Positions 40,340 through 49,967 of a stretch of 64,000 nucleotides of DNA are shown here, piece after piece (within the stretch, counting starts at the first letter, position 1; each line of letters starts with the position of its first letter). Origin of the DNA: Rickettsiales bacterium UBA6177 (GTDB lineage: Bacteria > Pseudomonadota > Alphaproteobacteria > Rickettsiales > UBA6177); the NCBI GenBank assembly GCA_002422875.1, contig DITT01000027.1:11482-75481 (forward strand), read 5' to 3'. A model generated the notes under the pieces. It did no database searches. It had not been told where the DNA came from and saw nothing but the letters and a program-made list of their open reading frames with translations. The position numbers and the translations under genes are program-made.

Positions 40340-41232
40340 TTATATTCTCCAACTCTTTTAATTTCCCACTTAAGCTCTATACCAGAATCTTGCTTTACTT
40401 TTTTGATTACTAAATTTCCTAAATCTTCGATATCTTTGGCAGTAGCTTCATCTTCATTAATAATAAAGTTGCAATGTTTTTCTGAAACAAATGCATTGCC
40501 AACTCTTAAACCTCTACAATCAGCTTTCTCTATAAGCTCCCAGGCTTTGTGGGTTTTAGTATTTTTAAATGTACTGCCACTTGTTCTTGCATGTATTGGT
40601 TGAGTAGTTTCTCGTGCTAATTTTATTTTAATTAAATTTTCTTTTATTAGCTGTTTATTCTCTGTTTTTATATTAAAAGTTGCCTCAGTAAAAATATAAC
40701 CATCTGGTAAATTATTACTTCTATATTTAAAACCTATATCACTATTTGTAAGTTCTATTATTTCACCACTTGGAGTGATTGCTTTTATTTTTTCAATAAT
40801 ACTAGCAAAATCTTTGCCATAAGCACCTGCATTCATTGCTATTCCGCCACCAATTGAACCAGGAATTCCAGATAAAAATTCACAACCACTTTTGGCATTT
40901 TCATATAAAAAATTTGCAACATTAAAATTAAGTGCTGCAGCACCACAAATGGCTTTTCCATCTTTTATATTTATATGTGAAAACTCTCTAGCAAGCTTAA
41001 TTACAACGCCTCTTATACCGCCATCTCTAATTAAAGTATTAGAACCAGCCCCAAGAACAAATATAGGTATATTTTTATTTATATTTTTTATAAAAAAAGC
41101 TAAGTCATTAGTATCAGCAGGATTATACAATACTTCTGCATTTCCCCCAGTATTAAACCATGTTTTTTTCCCAAGTTCTGTATTTTCGCGGTATTTACCT
41201 TTAACTTTAGGTAGCTCATTAATTAGTGACAA
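40336..41232 (-). CDS. murB: UDP-N-acetylenolpyruvoylglucosamine reductase
   Basis: FAD-binding block FVLGAGSNTLIRDGGIRGVVIKL, GIPGSIGGGIAMNAGAYG, and C-terminal GSTFKN / H.NF.IN. Confidence 0.92.
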   Translation of the reverse strand: MSLINELPKVKGKYRENTELGKKTWFNTGGNAEVLYNPADTNDLAFFIKNINKNIPIFVLGAGSNTLIRDGGIRGVVIKLAREFSHINIKDGKAICGAAALNFNVANFLYENAKSGCEFLSGIPGSIGGGIAMNAGAYGKDFASIIEKIKAITPSGEIIELTNSDIGFKYRSNNLPDGYIFTEATFNIKTENKQLIKENLIKIKLARETTQPIHARTSGSTFKNTKTHKAWELIEKADCRGLRVGNAFVSEKHCNFIINEDEATAKDIEDLGNLVIKKVKQDSGIELKWEIKRVGEYK

Positions 41233-42658
41233 TTTTACTTAACTCCGCTGGAATATTATTTGCCCAATAAGTTATATCACCTGCCCCCATAAATAAAACT
41301 ATGTCATTCTTACTAGCAATAGAATTTATGATGTCTGGTAGGTCATGGTGTGATAATAAATAATTTACGTTCTGTTTTATCTTTTGTAAATCGCTCACCA
41401 AACAATCACTGCTAAATTCTTGGTCTTTTTCTTCTCCAGCTGCAAATACTTCTGCAATATATAAAACATCAGCATCATTAAAACATGTAGTATAATCTTG
41501 GTATAAGTTTTTAAGCCTTGAGTATCTGTGAGGTTGAACTATAGCTATGATTTTTGCATCTTTAGCCAAAATACTTTTTGCCATTGCAAGAGTTGCTTTA
41601 ATTTCTACTGGATGATGCGCATAATCATCATAAATTTCATAATTATTATAGTCAGCAATTTTAGTGAATCGCCTTTTAACCCCTGCAAAGCCATTAAAAC
41701 TATTTATTATTTCTGTTTTTGAGAAATTTAATTGGTAAGCTATAGCAATTGCTGAAAGTGAGTTTGATACATTATGAATACCCATTATTGGTAAAGTTAT
41801 ATTTTCTATAGTTGAAACTATTTCATTAGTTAAATAATCTCTTATTTTGACATTAAATGTGCTTTTGTTTTTCTTAAGGTCTATATTATAAGCATAAACA
41901 TGTGCTGATTCATCATGTGTACTATAAGTAATAATTTTCCGGTCACAAATTTTAACAACTATTTCTCTTGTAATAGCATGATCTAAACATATAACACCAA
42001 AACCATAGAAAGGAATATTTTGTAAAAAATCGAAAAAATGTTGTTTTAAACTTTCAAAACTACCACCATAATAATCCAAATGCTCAGGATCAATATTAGT
42101 TACAACTGCAATAGTAGAAGGTACCTTTACAAAAGTAGCATCTGATTCATCACCTTCAACAATTAAATAATCACCTTTACCTAAACGTACATTGCTTTTG
42201 TAAGTATTAATAATACCACCATTAATAACGGTAGGATCAAGTCCAACATTTTCAAACATTTTAGCAATTAATGACGTCGTAGTTGTTTTTCCATGCGAGC
42301 CGCTAATAGTAATAGGAATTTTAGTTTTTAAAATTTCTGCTAATAATTCTGATCTTCTAACAATAGGTATACCTAACTTGCGACCGTGATTTATTTCTAT
42401 ATTTGTATCTGTAATAGCAGAAGATTTAACAATAATACTTGCTTCATTAATATTTTCTTGTTTATGACCAATAAATATCCTTATACCAAGCTCTTTTAAG
42501 CGCCTAATATTATCATTTTCGGCGACATCTGATCCTTGAACTCTGAAATTTAAATGGTTTAAAATTTCAGCAATTCCACTCATGCCAATCCCACCAATGC
42601 CAATTATGTGGATAATTCCTATTTCTTTATTAAAATGTAGAAATTTTGAATTTTTCAT
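41219..42658 (-). CDS. murC: UDP-N-acetylmuramate--L-alanine ligase
   Basis: Blocks IHIIGIGGIGMSGIAEIL, Mur-ligase P-loop ISGSHGKTTTTSLI, and DDYAHHPVEI. Confidence 0.95.
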   Translation of the reverse strand: MKNSKFLHFNKEIGIIHIIGIGGIGMSGIAEILNHLNFRVQGSDVAENDNIRRLKELGIRIFIGHKQENINEASIIVKSSAITDTNIEINHGRKLGIPIVRRSELLAEILKTKIPITISGSHGKTTTTSLIAKMFENVGLDPTVINGGIINTYKSNVRLGKGDYLIVEGDESDATFVKVPSTIAVVTNIDPEHLDYYGGSFESLKQHFFDFLQNIPFYGFGVICLDHAITREIVVKICDRKIITYSTHDESAHVYAYNIDLKKNKSTFNVKIRDYLTNEIVSTIENITLPIMGIHNVSNSLSAIAIAYQLNFSKTEIINSFNGFAGVKRRFTKIADYNNYEIYDDYAHHPVEIKATLAMAKSILAKDAKIIAIVQPHRYSRLKNLYQDYTTCFNDADVLYIAEVFAAGEEKDQEFSSDCLVSDLQKIKQNVNYLLSHHDLPDIINSIASKNDIVLFMGAGDITYWANNIPAELSKIVTN

Positions 42659-42660
42659 TA

Positions 42661-43059
42661 TTATTCCCTTTCTATTACTACATATGCTGTAGCTAAATTT
42701 TGAGTATCAGCAATACTTAGATGGCAGTAAATTACTTTAGTGTTATATTTTAAATTCATATAATCCTTTAATTTATTGCTATAAGAAATATATGGTTTTT
42801 TTTTCTCATCCCGTCTAATTTCTATATCTTTAAAACCAACATTTTTACCTATTCCTTCTCCTAGAGCTTTTGCAAAAGCTTCTTTTGCAGCAAAGCGTTT
42901 AGCTAGATAAGCTATTTTATCCTTTGATAGGTTTAAATTATTAAAAATATTATTTTCAAAATGAGTTAATATTTTATTTGTAAATATATTCCCAAATTTA
43001 TAAAAAACCTTTTCAACTCGTGATATATTAATTAGATCAATACCAGTTCCTACAATCAT
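42661..43059 (-). CDS. acpS: holo-[acyl-carrier-protein] synthase
   Basis: 132 aa. It has MIVGTGIDLINISRV, FAAKEAFAKALG and a C-terminal HLSIADT block. Confidence 0.9.
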   Translation of the reverse strand: MIVGTGIDLINISRVEKVFYKFGNIFTNKILTHFENNIFNNLNLSKDKIAYLAKRFAAKEAFAKALGEGIGKNVGFKDIEIRRDEKKKPYISYSNKLKDYMNLKYNTKVIYCHLSIADTQNLATAYVVIERE

Positions 43060-43133
43060 GCTTATATATTTGAAATATTAATTAGTAAAGTTATTATAGC
43101 TTAGTTCATATTATAAATCAAAATTAATTCTCT

Positions 43134-43859
43134 TTACTTGCATTGTTGTTTTATTTTTTTATTTTGAGCAAGTTCTATTATTTTTTTATCAGCAGTAGGA
43201 TATTCTGTTAAAATTTTATTTAATACCGTACACATCTCATTGTATTTCTTAATTTTTTCTAAACAAAGGCTAAGTTTATGCAAAGATTTCACAGCATAAT
43301 CGCTTTTAGGAAATTTTTTTTGGCTATATAAATATTGTAATGAAGCTGCTTCGTATAAGCCCTTATTATATTTTAATTCACCAAGCATATAGTGTATGTA
43401 TGCTGTAAGTTTATTGTTACTAAATTCATTTATAAAGCTTTGCATTTCTTTTTCTGCTAAATCAAAGTTCTTAGTATCAAGAAGTTTTTTTATTTTTGTA
43501 TATTTTTGTAAAACAGCATCATTATTTCTTGATTCAGCAAGGTTTGAAGATGATTTGTTAGCTTCTATATTCTTAGCTAAATCTTTTGAGTTGTTAGTAC
43601 TTTGCTTAGTTATTGATGCTTGAATACCCGCAATTAGTTCTTTAGTATTTTTTTCAAATTGCTCAAATTTTTCATTTGTTTCTTGCTTTAAATGTTCAAG
43701 CTCTTCTACTTTACCATTAAGAAATCTAATTTTCTCTTCTAGATAAGTTATTCTTGCAACCAAATCTCCAAGATCATGTTCATTATTGCTTTGAGCATAA
43801 TTTGCTGTAATAAGAACATAACTCAGTAAGATAATTTTTAATGATTTTTTAAAGTGCAT
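43134..43859 (-). CDS. cpoB: Tol-Pal system protein CpoB/YbgF-like (coiled coil plus TPR)
   Basis: A signal peptide is followed by an N-terminal coiled coil (ITYLEEKIRFLNGKVEELEHL). C-terminal TPR-like repeats include a YbgF-type block (YSQKKFPKSDYAVKSLHKLSLCL). Confidence 0.7.
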   Translation of the reverse strand: MHFKKSLKIILLSYVLITANYAQSNNEHDLGDLVARITYLEEKIRFLNGKVEELEHLKQETNEKFEQFEKNTKELIAGIQASITKQSTNNSKDLAKNIEANKSSSNLAESRNNDAVLQKYTKIKKLLDTKNFDLAEKEMQSFINEFSNNKLTAYIHYMLGELKYNKGLYEAASLQYLYSQKKFPKSDYAVKSLHKLSLCLEKIKKYNEMCTVLNKILTEYPTADKKIIELAQNKKIKQQCK

Positions 43860-43864
43860 TTGCT

Positions 43865-44293
43865 TTATTCTCCAGATTTTTTACTAGGGGTTAAAGATTT
43901 TACTAATGCTAAAATTTTCTTTTTTACAACTATGTCTTCTATCGAAATAAATGATTTAACTAAGGCAGCTATATCTTTGCTATCATGATCCATTACATCA
44001 AGCATAAAACTATCTTGGCTTTCAGCTAAATTAGTAACATATTGAGTTGCAGGCATTTCATTATATAATGACTCATAAAAATATGAGACATTCACACCTA
44101 ATGCTTTGGATAATTCAAATAATCTACTTGCAGACATTCTATTTTGACCTTTTTCATATTTTTGAATTTGTTGAAAGGTTATCCCGACTGCTCTTCCTAG
44201 CTCTTCCTGAGAAACTCCTATTATTACACGTCTAGCTTTTAATTTTTTTCCTACTAAAACATCTACTATATGCACCTCATTACTTTTTGCCAT
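43865..44293 (-). CDS. XRE-family helix-turn-helix transcriptional regulator
   Basis: HTH_3-type block VGKKLKARRVIIGVSQEELGRAVGITFQQIQKYEKGQNRMSASRLFELSKAL, with a C-terminal extension of about 70 aa. Confidence 0.75.
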   Translation of the reverse strand: MAKSNEVHIVDVLVGKKLKARRVIIGVSQEELGRAVGITFQQIQKYEKGQNRMSASRLFELSKALGVNVSYFYESLYNEMPATQYVTNLAESQDSFMLDVMDHDSKDIAALVKSFISIEDIVVKKKILALVKSLTPSKKSGE

Positions 44294-44304
44294 TATTCTT
44301 TATC

Positions 44305-45873
44305 CTACTTTTTTAATAAAATAGCCCTACTCCATTTTATAATGGAACTATAATCCAGGGTCCCATACAACAACAACATCATCATGATTATTACTATAAG
44401 TAAATCACCATATACAACATATATATTTTTAGTATATTTTTTTTGCGGTATTTTAAAATCTAAACTAATTTCTTCATTAATTTCAGTTTTTAATACAATT
44501 TCACCAAAACTATCTATTAAACCACTTATACCAGTAACAGCAACTCTTATTAATGGTACACCAGCTTCAACGGCTCTTACTTGTGTCATAGCAAAATGCT
44601 GATAAGGCCCACTACTAACACCAAACCACGAATCATTAGTGATATTTACTAAAAAGTCAAATTTCTTAGTAAATATATTAGCATTATTGGGGAAAATTGC
44701 TTCAAAGCAAATAAATGGTATAAATTTTTTTGAATTATCTTTACCAAACCCCAATATTTTAAGATTTTTTCCTGGTGAATAGTCTATTAACCCTGTTGTA
44801 AGTTTACTAATAGGTAGATATTGCTTAAAAGGAATAAATTCTCCAAAAGGCACTAATTTCATTTTATCATAAAAATCTACAATTTCACCTTCTTTATTTA
44901 CAACTATCAGTGAGTTATTAAGTATTAATTTATTATTTTCTTTAGAAAGTCGGTCAATACCTGTTATCAAAAGCTGATTAGGTTGTAGTATATCACCTAA
45001 AAACTTCATCCCTCTAAAGTCATTTAATATAAAATCGTTTGCTGATTCAGGCCAAATAATAATATCAGGTCTTAAATTAGAGTTTTTAAGTGTTAGATCT
45101 ATATATTTCCTAAAAGTTTTTTCTTGGTAAAAATTTTTCCAGCGTTGTTGTTGCAAAATATTTGCCTGAACTATCCTTACGTTTAACGAAGGAGAGTTAT
45201 CAAGTGCAGAATAATTTATTATCAAATAACCAATTATAATAAAAGGTATTATTAAGAATAATTCTAATAAAATTAGTTTTACTATTGATATCTGTTTTTG
45301 CACATACAAAAATGGTAATAATGATGAAATCATTACTAATAAACTCATTCCATATGGACCAAAATATGAAGCTATTTGCAATAGATATGAATTATTAATT
45401 AAGCTATAGCCGATTAGATTCCATGGAAAACCGTAAAATAAGTACGATCTGAATATTTCGAAAACAACCCAAATACATGAGAAAATAATAATTTTTTTAT
45501 GATCCGCCTTATGTGAATATAAAGTAAACAAAAGTGATTGAGGGACTATAAAAACAAAAGAGAAAAAAATAGGTAATAAAAACAAACTAAAAGGTAACAA
45601 GTACCAATAACTAGAAATATCTATAAATAAAGATGCTGATATCCAGTAAAAACTAATGAAAAAGTGACCTAAACCAAAAAAGAACCCAGCTAATGCTCTT
45701 TGCTTTTGATTCTTAGTATTAGCTAAAAAAGCGAATAATTTAGGCAATGAAAAATATAGTAATATAAAATAATAGGTAGGAGCAAAGCTTAATGAGGAAA
45801 TTACTCCAGCAAAAAATAATTTAAAATATTTATTTTTTACAATGTTTAGAATTTTTTTTAGAAAAATATTCAC
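44305..45873 (-). CDS. lnt: apolipoprotein N-acyltransferase
   Basis: 522 aa. A polytopic N-terminal half is joined to a CN-hydrolase domain (VRIVQANI, IIWPESA, active-site region FICFEAIFP, NITNDSWFG). Confidence 0.9.
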   Translation of the reverse strand: MNIFLKKILNIVKNKYFKLFFAGVISSLSFAPTYYFILLYFSLPKLFAFLANTKNQKQRALAGFFFGLGHFFISFYWISASLFIDISSYWYLLPFSLFLLPIFFSFVFIVPQSLLFTLYSHKADHKKIIIFSCIWVVFEIFRSYLFYGFPWNLIGYSLINNSYLLQIASYFGPYGMSLLVMISSLLPFLYVQKQISIVKLILLELFLIIPFIIIGYLIINYSALDNSPSLNVRIVQANILQQQRWKNFYQEKTFRKYIDLTLKNSNLRPDIIIWPESANDFILNDFRGMKFLGDILQPNQLLITGIDRLSKENNKLILNNSLIVVNKEGEIVDFYDKMKLVPFGEFIPFKQYLPISKLTTGLIDYSPGKNLKILGFGKDNSKKFIPFICFEAIFPNNANIFTKKFDFLVNITNDSWFGVSSGPYQHFAMTQVRAVEAGVPLIRVAVTGISGLIDSFGEIVLKTEINEEISLDFKIPQKKYTKNIYVVYGDLLIVIIMMMLLLYGTLDYSSIIKWSRAILLKK

Positions 45874-45969
45874 AACTATTAATTACCTTGAAAACAAAAA
45901 AAAATTAAACCTTACTAACTACTAAAAAAAAGTAATTATACAAGAAATAAAACTTATTAATAACTGTTT

Positions 45970-46455
45970 TTATAAATCTATATTAAATTTTTTTAAAATT
46001 TGTTGTTCCAAAAACTCCATCTCTTCCGCCTCATCATCTTCTTCATGATCAAACCCAAGTAAATGCAATATTCCATGTACAAGCAAATGGCTAAAATGTT
46101 TCTTAAATTCTTTATTTTGCTCTAAGCACTCTTCTTCTATTATCTCATATGCAAATACGACATCACCTAATAGCAAAATGCTAGTTTTAGCAACTAACTT
46201 TGTAAAATCTTTATTATCAAATTCCTCTCCTGGGAAAGATAAAACATTAGTAGCTTTATCTACACCACGATACTGATTATTTAGATTTTTTACAAATTCA
46301 TTTTCACTTAGAACAACTGAAAGCTCTATATTGCTATATAATTTATCTACTCCCAAGTAGCTAATTACTTCACTTGCAACAATATTTATATATTGCTCTA
46401 AATTATCTATAGCATCATGCCATTTATTATACTGAATATCAATTTCTACTATCAT
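45970..46455 (-). CDS. ybeY: rRNA maturation endoribonuclease YbeY
   Basis: Zn motif HLLVHGILHLLGFDHE, with ATNVLSFP upstream. Confidence 0.92.
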   Translation of the reverse strand: MIVEIDIQYNKWHDAIDNLEQYINIVASEVISYLGVDKLYSNIELSVVLSENEFVKNLNNQYRGVDKATNVLSFPGEEFDNKDFTKLVAKTSILLLGDVVFAYEIIEEECLEQNKEFKKHFSHLLVHGILHLLGFDHEEDDEAEEMEFLEQQILKKFNIDL

Positions 46456-46468
46456 CTTAAATCTAATC

Positions 46469-47233
46469 CTAATTGTTTAAATATTTAGCTAGAATATCTT
46501 TATAGTGCTTAGAGTTTTTAACCGATTCAAAAGCAACAGAAAACTTATTTATTAGTTTATCAGGAGTATTTATATTAAAAGCAAAATATAAATTTTTATT
46601 ATCAAGTTCATATACAATTTCAAGGTCATTATAATTTTCTTGAATATTTTCCATTGTAGATTTTAAACTATTTTCTTCAATTGCTACAAGATCTACTCTA
46701 CCTGTTAGTAATTTTTTTAAGTTTGTGGCTATATTATCACCAGCACTAATGTATTTACTTGCAACTCCTAAAGACTTTATTTTATCTTCTGCGTGATCAC
46801 CGCGAATTACTGCAATTTTATATAATTTAAGATTTTTTATAGACTTAATTTGGATTTCAGAACTTTTCTTAGCAAAAATTACATATTTTGAAGAATAAAT
46901 TGGACCAACCCATTTAAATAGATTCTCACGTGTTTTAGAGCGGGCTGTTGAAAAAATCATTGTATTTTCTATAACTTGAGCTTCATTAAACGACTTATCC
47001 CATGATTGAATTACTACATCATTTATTTTTTTTCGAGATTTCATTTTTGTTAAAACTTTCTCAAGTATTTCGAATGAAATACCATTTATTTTACTATCCT
47101 GATAATAATTAAACGGTGGATAATTCTCTGTAATAATTTTGTAATCTTCAATATTTTCTGATCCAAAAGCAAATGCATTTTGAGTTATCAAAAGAATCGA
47201 TAACAAACTTAAAAATAATCTATTTTTTTTCAT
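46469..47233 (-). CDS. periplasmic solute-binding protein, family 3-like (orphan)
   Basis: Signal peptide MKKNRLFLSLLSILLITQNAFA from ATG 47233. The SBP_bac_3-like layout includes ENYPPFNY...GISFEILEK..., ...RVDLVAIEE. No ABC permease or ATPase gene is adjacent. Confidence 0.65.
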   Translation of the reverse strand: MKKNRLFLSLLSILLITQNAFAFGSENIEDYKIITENYPPFNYYQDSKINGISFEILEKVLTKMKSRKKINDVVIQSWDKSFNEAQVIENTMIFSTARSKTRENLFKWVGPIYSSKYVIFAKKSSEIQIKSIKNLKLYKIAVIRGDHAEDKIKSLGVASKYISAGDNIATNLKKLLTGRVDLVAIEENSLKSTMENIQENYNDLEIVYELDNKNLYFAFNINTPDKLINKFSVAFESVKNSKHYKDILAKYLNN

Positions 47234-47328
47234 TTCACACTTTACACTTATCATAATTTACTTTGAAGTTTTTATTATAGCTAAATTAAATTATAATTAT
47301 AAGCTTTTTCTCAAATTACTATTATAAA

Positions 47329-48291
47329 TTATACTTCTTCACCAAAATGTGTGAATGGCTTCATGGATAAAATTCGATTTTTTTGTTTTTCTTTTAAAAT
47401 AATATTTTTTTCCTTAGTAATTTCACCCAACGCTTTGATTTTATAAGCAAATTTATCTAAAAATTCTTGAGCTAAAATATTATAACCTTCTTTAGTTACA
47501 GTAAATAACAAACCATAATCTTCTCCTCCCACAAGAGCTACTTCTGTAGGATTAAGTTTTAATGCTAAGCATGTACTTAAATATGACTGACTGTACATAA
47601 AATTATCTAATTCTATGGTCGCCCCTACATTTGAGCTTTGACATAGGCGCTTAAGATCCACAAACAAACCATCAGAGACATCCATCATACTCGAAACATT
47701 TGCTTTACTTGCAAGCCAACTCCCTTCTTTTAAGAGAGCAGTAGGAAGTAAGAAAGCATCTATAAACTCTTGAGATATAAGATTATTTCGCTCTAGAGCA
47801 GTGAGTCCTAGATGAGCATATCCTAAATTACCAGCTACACAAATATAATCGCCAGCTTTAGCAAGATGCCTATATTTAACTTTGTTAGTATCAGCCACAC
47901 CAATTGCTGTAATACTAATTACTAGCTTATCAACAGATGCCGTAGTATCACCCCCGATTAGAGTAATATTATTTTCATTACATGCATTAATTAGTTGATT
48001 TATATACTTTTTTGCATAGAGCTCAAGTTTATTTGGTATCGCTATACCGCAAATAATATAACTCGGTTTTGCACCCATAGCAGCAATATCACTTAAGTTC
48101 ACATGTAGAGATTTATGAGCTAATTGCTTAGGTGAATAATAATTTATTCTAAAATGAACATCTTCAAGTAACAAATCCTTAGTCATAACATACTGCATAT
48201 CTTGAAGATTTGGCAGAACAGTTGCATCATCTCCAATAAATCCTTTCGATGCAGAAGTAACTGCTTTTATTATCTCAGCTTCATCTAACAT
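47329..48291 (-). CDS. thiL: thiamine-monophosphate kinase
   Basis: AIR-synthase-like fold motifs are present: GDDATVL, LSDIAAMGAKP, LIGGDTT and DVSDGL. Confidence 0.85.
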   Translation of the reverse strand: MLDEAEIIKAVTSASKGFIGDDATVLPNLQDMQYVMTKDLLLEDVHFRINYYSPKQLAHKSLHVNLSDIAAMGAKPSYIICGIAIPNKLELYAKKYINQLINACNENNITLIGGDTTASVDKLVISITAIGVADTNKVKYRHLAKAGDYICVAGNLGYAHLGLTALERNNLISQEFIDAFLLPTALLKEGSWLASKANVSSMMDVSDGLFVDLKRLCQSSNVGATIELDNFMYSQSYLSTCLALKLNPTEVALVGGEDYGLLFTVTKEGYNILAQEFLDKFAYKIKALGEITKEKNIILKEKQKNRILSMKPFTHFGEEV

Positions 48292-48323
48292 TTAGCGCCT
48301 ATTAATTAAAAAAAGTCGTTATA

Positions 48324-48881
48324 TTATAATTTTGGCGCTAAAAAACAATCACCATTGTGATCATTTATTATCCCTACCGCTTGCATAAAAGCATAAATAA
48401 TTGTTGACCCAACAAAACTCATACCTCTTTTTTTCAGATCTTTCGAAAGAGCATCTGATTCATCTGAAGTTACTTTGCTAGGCTCTTGTTTATTTGCTGA
48501 TGAAGTTAACTTATATCGCTCTAAATACTTATAGAATGAGCCAAATTCTTGCTGAATACTTAGAAATACCGAGGCATTCTTGCGTACACTGAATATTTTC
48601 AAGCGATTACGAATTACATTAGCAGTGCTTAGAATATTTTCTAGTTCTAAATCTGTCATTTCTGCACATTTTAGTATATCAAAATTTTTAAAAGCTAAGC
48701 GATAACCATCTCGACGCTTTAAAATAGTATACCAACTAAGTCCTGCTTGAGCTCCTTCCAAAATCAACATCTCAAATAATAATTTATCATCAAAAACTGG
48801 GACCCCCCACTCATGATCATGGTAATAAACATAATCAACTTTATCTTCTGGTACCCAAGCACAGCGTTTCTTTAATAGCAT
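48324..48881 (-). CDS. tag: DNA-3-methyladenine glycosylase I
   Basis: Block CAWVPEDKVDYVYYHDHEWGVP...FEMLILEGAQAGLSW...IL.RR, with Zn ligands including a C-terminal H..GDC. Confidence 0.9.
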   Translation of the reverse strand: MLLKKRCAWVPEDKVDYVYYHDHEWGVPVFDDKLLFEMLILEGAQAGLSWYTILKRRDGYRLAFKNFDILKCAEMTDLELENILSTANVIRNRLKIFSVRKNASVFLSIQQEFGSFYKYLERYKLTSSANKQEPSKVTSDESDALSKDLKKRGMSFVGSTIIYAFMQAVGIINDHNGDCFLAPKL

Positions 48882-48972
48882 AGTATTTTTCCAAAAATAT
48901 TATTATATATCAGTATATTATTTAGCTTTTTTAAAGTAATTTATGCAATAATTATATAAATTTTATTGTTAT

Positions 48973-49072
48973 AGTGAATTCAGTTAGATTTGGTGCTTAG
49001 TTAATCGTTGCTTAGCTTGATTTAACTGGCCTGCACCCCTTTTCTCCTAGCATAATTCTTAAACTCACTATA
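48973..49072 (+). repeat. 100-bp palindromic (MITE/RPE-like) intergenic repeat, copy A
   Basis: AGTGAATTCAGTT...GGTGCT...TTAATCGTTG...GCCTGC...TCCTAGCATA...CACTATA. It is collinear with copy B at 55251..55350, with about 70-75% identity by eye. The termini are inverted repeats (TAGTGA.. / ..TCACTA). Confidence 0.8.
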
Positions 49073-49185
49073 TTTTAGTATATTACACTATAATAAAGAG
49101 TTCGCCCTTTAATTCATAAGTTAACTTACTCTTAATCGCGCCAAGCATAAATTTTAACCTAAATCACTATCGCACTAAATATTAC

Positions 49186-49623
49186 TCATTTTAAATCATT
49201 TACCTTTAAAAGATCTTTTATTAATAACAAAAACTCTTGCTGTTTATCAAGTGATAGTAATTTAAAAAACAATTTATCATTGTTATCAGCTATTTTTGCA
49301 AGCTTTGGCACTAGGTTTCTTGCAGACAAAGTAAGCTTTAAGCTTAGTTCTCTACGATTTACTCCTTCTAGCCTCACAACTAATCCTTTTTGCACTAACC
49401 TTTCAACCATGCGCGACATAGCGCTCTTATCAACACCTACTTTATGCGCTGTGTCGTTTAAGCTTATTTCCTTTGTATCATATAAGCTCCGCAGCACTGA
49501 CCACTGAGCAACAGATATACCATGTGTTTTAAGCTTTACTGCAAAATTATCTAAAACTAAATCTGATAATTGGCGTAACCAATATCCTAAATGATCCTCT
49601 AATTTACTAATTTTTTTTGTCAT
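49186..49623 (-). CDS. MarR-family transcriptional regulator
   Basis: 145 aa winged-helix protein: GISVAQWSVLRSLY....SLNDTAHKVGVDKSAMSRMVERLVQKGLVVR. Confidence 0.85.
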   Translation of the reverse strand: MTKKISKLEDHLGYWLRQLSDLVLDNFAVKLKTHGISVAQWSVLRSLYDTKEISLNDTAHKVGVDKSAMSRMVERLVQKGLVVRLEGVNRRELSLKLTLSARNLVPKLAKIADNNDKLFFKLLSLDKQQEFLLLIKDLLKVNDLK

Positions 49624-49695
49624 ATTTATAGCGAGTTAGATTGATGTTTATATATCATTTATACATACTTCTTTTAGTGAACATTTCTATATATA

Positions 49696-49723
49696 GTTGC
49701 ATACGCAACAGTTGTCAATGCAA
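49696..49723. promoter_or_regulatory. nested inverted repeats upstream of marR (candidate MarR operator)
   Basis: GTTGC-ATAC-GCAAC (49696-49709) is nested with TTGCAT...ATGCAA (49697-49702 / 49718-49723). They lie 73-100 nt upstream of the marR start codon. Confidence 0.3.
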
Positions 49724-49967
49724 TATTTTTTGTAATTTATTACTGCTCATGGCTTACGTTTACTTGCCTTATGAGATACAGACTATCATTAATTTGAGTT
49801 TAAACAATAATAAATTAGAAAATTCAACTAGATTTTATAGTAGACCCTAGTTAAAAATTACGCTAAAGAAAAAGAAGAGAAGAGTAATAAAAATTTAGCT
49901 AAACAAGGACTAACGACGCATAAAAATCAAATGAATTTATTGTACTTAAATTAGTTGATAATTTAAT

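Noticed and set aside
48292-48341. An 8-bp inverted repeat, TTAGCGCC ... GGCGCTAA, spanning the tag/thiL junction.
   Set aside because: The loop is 34 nt and one arm lies in the coding sequence of tag. The geometry is poor for a terminator. It is probably coincidental or at most a weak structure.
49641-49850. A 69-aa ORF in the marR/MCP spacer.
   Set aside because: It has a TTG start, no Shine-Dalgarno sequence and a low-complexity hydrophobic/Asn-rich translation. The region is more simply explained as promoter or operator DNA for marR.
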